Assembly: GCA_035248505.1 (NCBI GenBank)
Contig: DATFHK010000012.1
Span: 27,821-91,820, forward strand
Source: Gemmatimonadaceae bacterium
GTDB taxonomy: Bacteria; Gemmatimonadota; Gemmatimonadetes; Gemmatimonadales; Gemmatimonadaceae
Reading direction: 5' to 3'
Length of the DNA: 64,000 nt
Both the position numbers and the translations under genes were made by a program. Positions 28,353 through 36,871 of the stretch are shown here, in pieces. The notes below the pieces were generated by a model, which had not been told where the DNA came from, made no database searches, and worked only from the letters and a program-made list of their open reading frames with translations. Every line of letters starts with the position of its first letter. Positions within the stretch are counted from its first letter, which is position 1.

Positions 28353-28796
28353 ATGCTGAGGCTGGCGGACATCATGACAACTGACGTTGTTATCGCCGCG
28401 CCTGAAACGTCGTTGCGCGAAGCGATATCCATTCTTGCCGACAATCATGTCGGCGGCGTACCGGTGCTGAGACACGGGAAAGTCGTCGGTGTATTTTCCG
28501 CCGCCGACCTGCTGTCGTACATAACCGATCTGAACGCAGGCCCGCCGTCTGATTCGCTGCGCCGCCGCCGCACCACACTCGAGGAGATCACAGTCTCCGA
28601 GCTCATGACACGTGAGGTCAAAACGCTGCCGCCGAATTGCTCGGTCGAGCAGGCCGCTGATTTCATGCGGAAAAACCAGATTCACCGGGTGCTGGTGATG
28701 GAGGGGCAGAAGCTGGTCGGAATTGTCACGACGACCGATGTAGCCAAGGCAGTCGCGGATCATCGGCTGCGCACCAACACCTACGTGTTTGGCTGA
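28353..28796 (+). CDS. CBS domain pair protein (Hrp1-like)
   Basis: AAGGAGG RBS; DIMTTDV..GGVPV..VGVFS..DL; ELMTREV..IHRVLV..LVGIVTTTD. Confidence 0.9.
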   Translation: MLRLADIMTTDVVIAAPETSLREAISILADNHVGGVPVLRHGKVVGVFSAADLLSYITDLNAGPPSDSLRRRRTTLEEITVSELMTREVKTLPPNCSVEQAADFMRKNQIHRVLVMEGQKLVGIVTTTDVAKAVADHRLRTNTYVFG

Positions 28797-28826
28797 ACGC
28801 GTTTGCACGTTCGGGAGGGTAGGGCA

Positions 28827-29351
28827 ATGCTAGGGATGAAAAGTGTTCTGGCAACGGCTGTCGCTTTAACGGCTTTGTCCTGCGCCACGCGCAGGTATGC
28901 GACGGTGGAAGTGTCAGCGGCAGACTTCGATGTGTCGTCACTGGTTGGAAGATGGGCGGGCGAATATCACAGCGAGGAAACTGGAAGGAGCGGCGACATA
29001 ACCTTCACGCTGCAGCCGGGCGAGGCGTCTGCTTACGGCGACGTTACGATGATCCCAAAAACTCCAACGCGCTCGACCGTACCCCTACACAATGAAATCG
29101 TCGGCATGCCCGCGCTCGGCAGTGTGCGCGAGCTGCTGACGATTCATTTCGTGCGCAAGGAAGGCAACACTGTGGTCGGCATGCTCGATCCCTATCAGGA
29201 CCCTGAATGCAGGTGCCGCGTCGTCACGACCTTCCGCGGCGAATTCAAGAATGGTGGTACGATCGAGGGCACCTTCAGCACGCATGGCAGTGATCAGATC
29301 GTGATGCACAGCCAGGGCTACTGGAAAGTGAACCGTGTCAAGCGGCTCTAG
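28827..29351 (+). CDS. Hypothetical lipoprotein (paralog of 22896-23405)
   Basis: Lipobox ALSC; LVGRWAG..TGRSGDI..TIHFVRK..LDPYQDPECRC. Confidence 0.75.
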   Translation: MLGMKSVLATAVALTALSCATRRYATVEVSAADFDVSSLVGRWAGEYHSEETGRSGDITFTLQPGEASAYGDVTMIPKTPTRSTVPLHNEIVGMPALGSVRELLTIHFVRKEGNTVVGMLDPYQDPECRCRVVTTFRGEFKNGGTIEGTFSTHGSDQIVMHSQGYWKVNRVKRL

Positions 29352-29366
29352 TTGCGCCGGAAGCTT

Positions 29367-30062
29367 TTACGCGATGGTGCGAGCTATCGCGAAGGCAGTC
29401 GCCGCCGCCAACCCACCGACAAGGGTCGTCTGAACAGCGCTGCGGAGTACTGGGACGCCCGTAAAGCGACCCTTGATCCCGCCGAACGCAGCGAGCGCGA
29501 GCAGCGTGACGACAATCGAAGCTCGTAATGCCGCTCGTGCTTCGCTCACGAACAGATAGGCGCTGAGCGGGATCAGGCCGCCGAGGACGTAAGCGAGTGC
29601 GATCGTGAGGGCGCTTTTCCAGGCGCGACTCGGAACGGGCGCTTCGAGTCCGAGCTCGAAACGCATCATGAAATCAACCCAATTTTTCGGGCGCTGCCGC
29701 AGCGATTGGATGACCGTTGCGCTTTCGTCGGCTGTGAGGCCGTACGTCTGAAAGATCTCGCGCACTTCGTTCTCTTCCGCTTCCGGTATCCGCACGATTT
29801 CGTCCTCTTCTCGCCGGCGCTCGCTCGCGTAGTGTTCCGCATCGCTACGCGCGGCTAGATATCCGCCCAGCCCCATCGCAATCGAACCAGCCGCAATTTC
29901 GGCGAAGCCGGCGGTGATGATCAGGCGTGATTCAGTGATCGCTCCGGTTAGTCCCGCCGCCAGCGCAAACGGCACCGTCAGGCCGTCCGACATCCCGATG
30001 ACTATGTCGCGGACAGCATTGCCGGCGGTAAAATGTTTTTCAACGTGCGGCGTGATTGGCAA
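29367..30062 (-). CDS. VIT1/CCC1 family iron/manganese transporter
   Basis: RDIVIGMSDGL, AEIAAGSIAMGLGGYLA, MMRFELG; TTG start after GAGGT. Confidence 0.93.
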   Translation of the reverse strand: MPITPHVEKHFTAGNAVRDIVIGMSDGLTVPFALAAGLTGAITESRLIITAGFAEIAAGSIAMGLGGYLAARSDAEHYASERRREEDEIVRIPEAEENEVREIFQTYGLTADESATVIQSLRQRPKNWVDFMMRFELGLEAPVPSRAWKSALTIALAYVLGGLIPLSAYLFVSEARAALRASIVVTLLALAAFGGIKGRFTGVPVLRSAVQTTLVGGLAAATAFAIARTIA

Positions 30063-30115
30063 GTGGACCTCGACAGATCGAGTCCGGGTCTTCAGTAGCA
30101 GCGGGAATTTGTGGC

Positions 30116-31078
30116 CTAAGAGACCTTCTCTTCGAGCGCGAGCTCTCCCGCTCGCACCGCCTTTGCGCCAACTCCCGTTGGATGAAAAACCAGAACGCAA
30201 TTGCGTGCGGTACGAGTGAGCGAGTCGGCCACGCTTCCGCGCAAGACGCGGGTCAGTCCGCCACGTCCATGGGTGGCGATGGCAATCAGGTCCGCGTTTT
30301 CGCGGCCAGCGTAGGCCGCAATTTCATCGCCAACGTCATCGCCAATCACCACATCTGTCAGAACACTGAGCTGGGTGGCTCGCATCGCTTGCGACACGCG
30401 CGCCAGGTAGGCTTTCGCCTCAGCGACGTCTCTCTCCCACCACGGCGCCTTGGGAGGTGCGTCGTCGCCAGGCGCAGCGGCACGATCGACAACGGTTAAG
30501 AGCACGACCTCCGAATCTTCGAGCACCGCCAGCATCCGCACCGATTCGAGCACCTGTTCCGCGAGGGGAGAGCCGTCGAGCGGAACAACGATCCGCTTGA
30601 ACGCGCCACGCACCTGCGGGTTGAGATAACTCGCAGACGGCTTCACCACTAGCACCGGGACTGCCGTGTGCCGTATCAGTGAGTCCGTGACACTACCGAG
30701 CGTTAAACGGGAGAATCCTCCGCGACCGTGAGAACTGATGACGATCAGGTCCGCATTGTTGCGTTTGACATAACCTTCGACTGCGTCAGCAACCGGACCC
30801 GTCTCGAGGGCAACCGTGACATCCACATTTGCAGCGCGGCGACACTCTGCCGCCAGCGCGTAGAGCTCGGTGAGGGCTGCATCGCGATCGCGCTTCACGT
30901 TCGTCGCCGCCGCGCGAAGTTCGTCTGCGCTGGCGCCGGCACCAAAGTACGCACCGGTGGTCAGCACTCGCACCAACCGGAGTTTCGCATCGCTTTTCTC
31001 GGCGATACGCAGCGCGACGCGGATCGCTTCCCGGTCGAAGCCGGAGCAATCGGTGGGGACGACGATGGTTTTGTACAT
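30116..31078 (-). CDS. Universal stress protein (tandem USP domains)
   Basis: IVVPTD, DLIVISSHGRGG..LGSV, VPLDGS, ATHGRGG..RGSV. Confidence 0.93.
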   Translation of the reverse strand: MYKTIVVPTDCSGFDREAIRVALRIAEKSDAKLRLVRVLTTGAYFGAGASADELRAAATNVKRDRDAALTELYALAAECRRAANVDVTVALETGPVADAVEGYVKRNNADLIVISSHGRGGFSRLTLGSVTDSLIRHTAVPVLVVKPSASYLNPQVRGAFKRIVVPLDGSPLAEQVLESVRMLAVLEDSEVVLLTVVDRAAAPGDDAPPKAPWWERDVAEAKAYLARVSQAMRATQLSVLTDVVIGDDVGDEIAAYAGRENADLIAIATHGRGGLTRVLRGSVADSLTRTARNCVLVFHPTGVGAKAVRAGELALEEKVS

Positions 31079-31097
31079 AAGCACTCCTTTGGCGGCT

Positions 31098-32063
31098 TTA
31101 GGCGAAGGCTGCCACTTTGCGCTCCGCCAGCGGTTTGGCGTCGCTTGCCACTTCCTTGACGGCAGGGTGGAAAACGAACACCGAGGCGCGCGCGGACTTG
31201 GTCAGCGCATCGGTGACGCTGCCGTGGATGAGACGAGACAGTCCGCCGCGGCCGTGGGTTGCAATCGCGATGAGATCTGCTTTCTCGCAGCGCGCGAATT
31301 CCGCGATCTTCTCGGCGACGTTCTCACCGATGACGATGTCGCTCGCGACCGTCAAACCACGACGGCGCAGCTTGGCAGCCATCGGAAAGAGATACGCTTC
31401 GGCCGACGCGATGTCCTTTTCCCACCAGGGAAGCAGCGGATCCTGAATCTGCTGCTGCGAGTACGTCTGCGGCTTCAATACATATAGTAGCGTCAGCTCG
31501 GCGTCCTCGAGATCGGCGAGTCCGGCAATCCGCGGCAGGATCTGCTCCGCCAGTGCCGACCCGTCGAGAGGGACGACGATTCGCCTGAAGGAGCCAGCGA
31601 CCTGCGGATTGAGATAGCTGCGCGGTGGCTTCACTACCAGTACCGGGATCGTCGTCAAGCGAATCAGAGAGTCGGTTACGCTGCCCAGCGAAAGCCGGGC
31701 GAAACCGCGCCGGCCATGGGTGCTGATGACGATCAGATCGACATGGTGCCGATTCGCGTAACCAGCCAGGGCGTCCGGAACCGAGCCCTGCTCGAGCGAG
31801 GTGGTGACGTCGGCGGCAGCAATGGTTCGGCATTCAGTGGCAAGTGCGTGGAGCTCGGCGAGCTCCGTATCCAGTTCCTGCTGGATCGCTTCGGCCGACA
31901 GGACGAGCCCGTCGCCACCTGCCATACCCAAGAATGACGCGCTGGCTGACACGCGCACCAGGTGGACTTTCGCGTTGGTTTTTTCTGCCAATCTCAGGGC
32001 AACTCGGATCGCCTCGCGATCGAAGCCCGAGCAGTCAGTCGGAACCATAATAGTCGTATACAT
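31098..32063 (-). CDS. Universal stress protein (tandem USP domains), tandem paralog
   Basis: Same motifs; shares VPTDCSGFDREAIRVALR and SYLNPQV with the neighbour. Confidence 0.93.
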   Translation of the reverse strand: MYTTIMVPTDCSGFDREAIRVALRLAEKTNAKVHLVRVSASASFLGMAGGDGLVLSAEAIQQELDTELAELHALATECRTIAAADVTTSLEQGSVPDALAGYANRHHVDLIVISTHGRRGFARLSLGSVTDSLIRLTTIPVLVVKPPRSYLNPQVAGSFRRIVVPLDGSALAEQILPRIAGLADLEDAELTLLYVLKPQTYSQQQIQDPLLPWWEKDIASAEAYLFPMAAKLRRRGLTVASDIVIGENVAEKIAEFARCEKADLIAIATHGRGGLSRLIHGSVTDALTKSARASVFVFHPAVKEVASDAKPLAERKVAAFA

Positions 32064-32163
32064 GAATCCTCCATCGTTTCTGCGAGGCGTCTTCCACCTC
32101 AGTCGTGCGATCAGAATACGAAGGGCGAGGAGCACGACCCATCAGCACAATGCTGATTGTGTG

Positions 32164-32177
32164 TAGGAGAATCCTTG
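32164..32177. promoter_or_regulatory. Degenerate TAGGG-N4-CCCTA-like palindrome (TAGGA-GAAT-CCTTG)
   Basis: In the usp/yceI divergent intergenic region. Confidence 0.4.
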
Positions 32178-32285
32178 TTTTTTTGGTTTGGGTTCGGGCC
32201 TGCCGACTGAAAGCCGCCGGCAGCCGGCTGGCACTTTTTGTTTTGTACTTAACAGCGTCTGGCCGCCAACAGGACGTGGAGAGTG

Positions 32286-32299
32286 TAGGGGATTCCCTT
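32286..32299. promoter_or_regulatory. Putative NarL/NreC-family binding site TAGGG-GATT-CCCTT
   Basis: 9/10 match to the palindrome TAGGG-N4-CCCTA; divergent promoter region. Confidence 0.6.
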
Positions 32300-32438
32300 T
32301 CCCGGGCCTCGGTACTTCTCCCAGGAAGTTCAGCAAGTTCTCCCGAAAAATTGAGGCGAAGTCCGACAGTAGGCGTCTCCTGCCACTCGTATCCTGGGTG
32401 CGTACTGAAATACCCAACGAACCGACATGGAGACGAAC

Positions 32439-33080
32439 ATGAGAAAGGCCCTTTTAATGGCGACAGCGGCGATCGAACTCGGCGCAACTGGATTGGTGGC
32501 CCAAGGCCCGTCCGCGATTCGCCTGCGCCTCGAGCCGGGAAGCGAGATCACCATTCAGGGAACCTCGACTCTCCACGACTTCCACTGCAAGACCGACAAG
32601 ATCCTCGCTTACGTCGACGTCGATCCCTCCTACACCAAGGATCTGACAAAAGTCGCGAAGCCGCTTGTGAGCGTGAAGGTGAACATCGTCGCCAGAACTC
32701 TGACCTGCGGCGGCGGCACGATCGACAACAACATGTACAAGACGCTGAAGACCGATGAGTTCCAGTTGATCAAATACACGATGTCGGGCTACGACCTGCT
32801 CGATGCGACAACGAGTTCGTTTTCGGCGAACACCAAGGGAACGCTGCAGATCGCCGGTCAGGACAAGGCCATCGACTTCAAGATCAACGCGTCGCGTCTC
32901 GCTGAAGGGAAGGCGACTGCTGAAGGCGAAGAGACGATCAAGCTGACTGACTTCGGCATCGAGCCACCGAGCTTCATGTTCGGTCGCCTCAAAGTCGGTA
33001 ACGAGATCAAGGTGAAGTTCAACCTGAAGGCGGGGCCAGAACTGATTGCACAGCTCAAGACTGCAATCAACGGCGAGTAA
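32439..33080 (+). CDS. YceI family periplasmic lipid/isoprenoid-binding protein
   Basis: Signal peptide; GTSTLHDF, GTLQIAG, LTDFGIEPP..M.G.LKVG.EIKVKF. Confidence 0.88.
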   Translation: MRKALLMATAAIELGATGLVAQGPSAIRLRLEPGSEITIQGTSTLHDFHCKTDKILAYVDVDPSYTKDLTKVAKPLVSVKVNIVARTLTCGGGTIDNNMYKTLKTDEFQLIKYTMSGYDLLDATTSSFSANTKGTLQIAGQDKAIDFKINASRLAEGKATAEGEETIKLTDFGIEPPSFMFGRLKVGNEIKVKFNLKAGPELIAQLKTAINGE

Positions 33081-33128
33081 CGACGACCACTGACCAGACC
33101 AACGTTTTTAATACAAAAGGAGCCTCAT

Positions 33129-34580
33129 ATGAAACGCTACACATTCGCCCTCGCCGCCGCCGTCGCGACGTTTGCAGTCGCGCCGCGCCTGGTGGCGCAG
33201 CAGGCAACACAAACGCCGGTACCCCCGAGTGTCGACACGATCGCCCTGCTCGGTGAAACGATCACGCTGCCTGATTCGACTCCGGCAGACACGCTGAAAA
33301 AAATCGCCGGCATCAAGAAGATCAGTACGTTCCTCTCGATGGCACCCGCGGTCGAGATGCAGAACTATCGCCCCGAAGACAAGCGTGGCGTAAATGTCTT
33401 CGAGGCGCCGAAGGACGAATCGGTTCCCTACACCGGGTTCAAGCTGCAGTGGGGTGGCGCGTTCACCCAGCAGTTCCAGGGACTTGATCACAGCAACAGC
33501 GCCGCGCCGAAGCCGGTCACGACAAACGGTGTGACGACAGATGCGAATCAACTGATTCGCATCGGACACGGTCCCAACAACGCGACCGCCAATCTGTATC
33601 TGAACGGCCAGCTCGCGAAGGGAATTCGGGTTGCGACGACCATCTACTCGTCAGCGCGCCATCACCAGGAAACGTGGGTCAAGGATGGCTACCTGCTGGT
33701 CGATGCTTCACCGATCGACTGGAAGCCGCTCAACGACATCATGAAGTACGTGACGATCAAGGCCGGCCACTTCGAGATCAACTATGGTGATGCGCACTTC
33801 CGCCGCAGTGATAACGGCAACGCGATCCGTAACCCGCTCGTCGGCAACTATATCATGGACGCGTTCACGACCGAAGTAGGCGGCGAAGTCTACGTCCGCC
33901 CGGGCCCGTTCCTCTTTATGGGCGGCATCACTGGTGGCGAGAGCCGCGGCATGATCACGGCACCCGACCGTCGCGCGCCGAGCTATCTGATTAAGGCGGG
34001 TTTCGACAAGACCTTCAGTGATGGAGTCAGGTTCCGTCTCACGGGTTCCGAGTATGCGACGGCGAGCTCGGTCAGCAACACCCTGTTCAGCGGAGACAGA
34101 GCAGGTTCGCGCTACTACGACGTGCTCGAGAACACCAGCTCCACTGAGACAGCGCAGGCCTGGTCGGGCGCAATGCAACCCGGTCTCAAGAACAGCATTC
34201 ACTCAGTGGTTGTGAACCCGTTCCTGCAGTTCAGAGGTCTCGAGCTCTTCGGCAACGTCGAGAGAGCGAAGGGACGCGCTCAGGGTGAGACCGACAACCG
34301 CACCTGGAAGCAGAATGTCGGTGAAGTTGTCTACCGCTTCCTGCCCGACCAGAGAGTGTACGTCGCCGGTCGGTACAACACGGTGAAAGGTCAGCTCACA
34401 GTCGGCGCGCCCGATGTCACGGTGAATCGCTGGCAGTTTGGCGGTGGCTGGTTCATGACGCCGAATATCCTCACCAAGGCGGAGTACGTAACCCAGAAGT
34501 ACCTGGATTTCCCGACCACCGATATCCGCAATGGTGGCCAGTTCAAGGGCTTCATGGTCGAAGGCGTGGTCGCCTTCTGA
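33129..34580 (+). CDS. Probable outer-membrane beta-barrel protein
   Basis: AAGGAG RBS, signal peptide, amphipathic strands, C-terminal Phe (EGVVAF); strongly biased codon usage. Confidence 0.75.
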   Translation: MKRYTFALAAAVATFAVAPRLVAQQATQTPVPPSVDTIALLGETITLPDSTPADTLKKIAGIKKISTFLSMAPAVEMQNYRPEDKRGVNVFEAPKDESVPYTGFKLQWGGAFTQQFQGLDHSNSAAPKPVTTNGVTTDANQLIRIGHGPNNATANLYLNGQLAKGIRVATTIYSSARHHQETWVKDGYLLVDASPIDWKPLNDIMKYVTIKAGHFEINYGDAHFRRSDNGNAIRNPLVGNYIMDAFTTEVGGEVYVRPGPFLFMGGITGGESRGMITAPDRRAPSYLIKAGFDKTFSDGVRFRLTGSEYATASSVSNTLFSGDRAGSRYYDVLENTSSTETAQAWSGAMQPGLKNSIHSVVVNPFLQFRGLELFGNVERAKGRAQGETDNRTWKQNVGEVVYRFLPDQRVYVAGRYNTVKGQLTVGAPDVTVNRWQFGGGWFMTPNILTKAEYVTQKYLDFPTTDIRNGGQFKGFMVEGVVAF

Positions 34581-34591
34581 GGAAAGGCGCA

Positions 34592-35557
34592 ATGCTTCTT
34601 CAGAGCGCACCCGCAGCAGCACCGCTGTTCAAGACACTCTCGCGTCACGAATGCGAGAGTGTCTTGCTTCGTAACAACGTCGGGAGAATCGCATACACCG
34701 TTCACGATCGCGTGAGCATCGTCCCAATCCACTACGCGTTCGTGAACGGCTGGATCTACGGACGGACGACATCCGCAGGCAAGCTTCGCCAGATACTGCG
34801 GAACAGGCGCATCGCATTCGAGGTCGACGAGCACACGGGGATCTTCGATTGGAAGAGCGTCGTCGTTCACGGACCGCTCTACGTCGTTGAGGCCGATACC
34901 ACGCAGCTCTCCCGAAGCGTCTATCGCACGGCCGTCTCGGTACTTCGCAAGCTCGTCCCAGAAACGCTTTCCGACGCTGATCCAGTGCCGTTTCGGGATC
35001 AGCTCTTTCGCATTCGTGCTGTCGAAATCTCGGGCCGCTCGGCGCAACCAAGCGGCGCAGACAGACTGTTTCCCGAGAATGGTGGAACCATTTCGGAAAC
35101 TGCGGAAGCCGTCGCCGACTGCAGACTGCGCGAGCAGGTCGAATCCGCGATAGCTGCCCTCGGCATTCCCGAAAACGCGGACCTCCACATCGAAGTCTTC
35201 GATGGTGTGGTGTCGCTCAGCGGGACCGTCGAGACGGCTCGTGACCGTCACGCCATCGAAGCTGAAGTTCTCGAGATACCAGGAGCTTTCGCAGTGGTTC
35301 AGGAAATCGAAACGGCGTCACCGGTCAAGCAGGAGCCGCTGCCAACCGAGCTCGCCCGCGATGCGATCAGACAGTTGCGTTCCAACAAGGATGTCGGCAG
35401 TGAAGACCTCAAGGTCGTAGTCGAACACGGATGGCTGCGACTGGAAGGCACTGCCATGTCATCGCGCGACCGCGACGATGCACTTCGTCGCATTCGAACG
35501 ATCAAGGGCGCGCGCGGAATCATCGATCGTAGTCACGTCGGCCGCTCCGCGACGTGA
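34592..35557 (+). CDS. Pyridoxamine-5'-phosphate-oxidase-like (NimA-type) flavin-binding domain fused to two BON domains
   Basis: VGRIAY..IVPIHY..IYGRT..GK..AFEVD..WKSVVV.G; then DGVVSLSGTV and HGWLRLEG BON motifs. Confidence 0.82.
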   Translation: MLLQSAPAAAPLFKTLSRHECESVLLRNNVGRIAYTVHDRVSIVPIHYAFVNGWIYGRTTSAGKLRQILRNRRIAFEVDEHTGIFDWKSVVVHGPLYVVEADTTQLSRSVYRTAVSVLRKLVPETLSDADPVPFRDQLFRIRAVEISGRSAQPSGADRLFPENGGTISETAEAVADCRLREQVESAIAALGIPENADLHIEVFDGVVSLSGTVETARDRHAIEAEVLEIPGAFAVVQEIETASPVKQEPLPTELARDAIRQLRSNKDVGSEDLKVVVEHGWLRLEGTAMSSRDRDDALRRIRTIKGARGIIDRSHVGRSAT

Positions 35558-35566
35558 GGAGGACAA

Positions 35567-36871
35567 ATGCCAGCAATCCAAGCAGAAGTAACAACTCGCG
35601 CACAGGCGCCATCACTCTCTGTCCCCGTACCCGTCATCACCCTTGCCACTGACGGAACCTCGCAATCTGATCCTGCGATTGCGTTCGCGCTCGCTCTTCA
35701 GAAGAGGCGATCGATTGAAGTAAGAGTGGTGACTGTTGTCGATCATTTGGCCATTCCTGTTGGCGCAGTCGATCTCAATTTGATGTCCGAGATCGAGGAT
35801 TCTCTGAAGCGCGACGCTCTCTCCGCAGTCGCGCACCAGATAACTCTCGGCGGCGATCAGGATTGGCCAATCGATCTGGAAAACGGAAATCCAGCGGAAC
35901 GCATCAGCTCAGTAGCGGCAAAATCGGACGCGTGGATGATAATCCTCGGCCTGGGTGGCCACGGTATCACCGATCGATTGTTCGGCAGCGAGACGGCATT
36001 GCGCTTGATTCGTATCAGCCGCACTCCCGTGCTCGCGGTTGCACCAGATGCGTCGGCAGAGCCGCGACGCATTCTCGTCGCGATGGACTTCAGCGAGGCC
36101 AGCATCGAAGCGGCTCGCCTCGCGCTCGAGTTCGCCGACAGGCGAGCGACGATGGTGCTCGCCCATTGTGTTCCGTGGAGCCGCAACGAATATGTGCCCG
36201 AGAAATGGTTCCGCTCACACGAAGCTGCGATTGCGGCCGAACTCACCCGCGTTGCCCGCTGGCTCGATGCGGACAGGAAGCATCGTATCAGCCACCGAAT
36301 ACTGTATGGCAGGGTTGGGTCGACGCTCCTGTCGTACGCTCAAGAAATCGGCGCCGATCTCATTGTCACAGGCACCCACGGCCGGTCGGTACTCGGTCGT
36401 GTGCTCGCTGGCCAGACAGTCGCGAAGCTGATTCGCGGCGCACGATGCTCGGTCCTTGTTCTGCCTGCAGCAGCAGCGTTCAAGTTCTCGGATGGGCTCC
36501 CCGAAACTGCTGCTACTGTAGGCGGAACGGACTGGTCGGGCGTACTGGCCGAGTTCTCACGCAATAATGTCGGTCGTCGTGCACGGCTCGAAATCGATGA
36601 CGCAGCTCTAGGCGCGCAGACCGAGATGTCGGGGTATCGGTTTCAGGGCGCTTCGTACGAGCCGAACTCAAATCGTGTGACGTTGATGTTCGGCACCGGC
36701 AACAGTCGCGGGCCACATCTCGAGCGCGGCATCACGCAAATCAAGTCGATCGAGCTTCTTTCGAGCAGGAAAACGGGCGCTGACGTCGCGCTGGCGATTG
36801 GCCACGAAGGTGGTCAGACGTTGCTCATCTTCGACGTCCCTGAAACTGTCTTGCCGGTAGAGGCGAGATGA
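35567..36871 (+). CDS. Universal stress protein (two USP domains) with C-terminal DUF5335-like domain
   Basis: LATDG, LFGSET, VAMDFS, DLIVTGTHGR; tail DWS.VL.EFSR.N.GR..RLEID..LGAQ. Confidence 0.85.
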   Translation: MPAIQAEVTTRAQAPSLSVPVPVITLATDGTSQSDPAIAFALALQKRRSIEVRVVTVVDHLAIPVGAVDLNLMSEIEDSLKRDALSAVAHQITLGGDQDWPIDLENGNPAERISSVAAKSDAWMIILGLGGHGITDRLFGSETALRLIRISRTPVLAVAPDASAEPRRILVAMDFSEASIEAARLALEFADRRATMVLAHCVPWSRNEYVPEKWFRSHEAAIAAELTRVARWLDADRKHRISHRILYGRVGSTLLSYAQEIGADLIVTGTHGRSVLGRVLAGQTVAKLIRGARCSVLVLPAAAAFKFSDGLPETAATVGGTDWSGVLAEFSRNNVGRRARLEIDDAALGAQTEMSGYRFQGASYEPNSNRVTLMFGTGNSRGPHLERGITQIKSIELLSSRKTGADVALAIGHEGGQTLLIFDVPETVLPVEAR

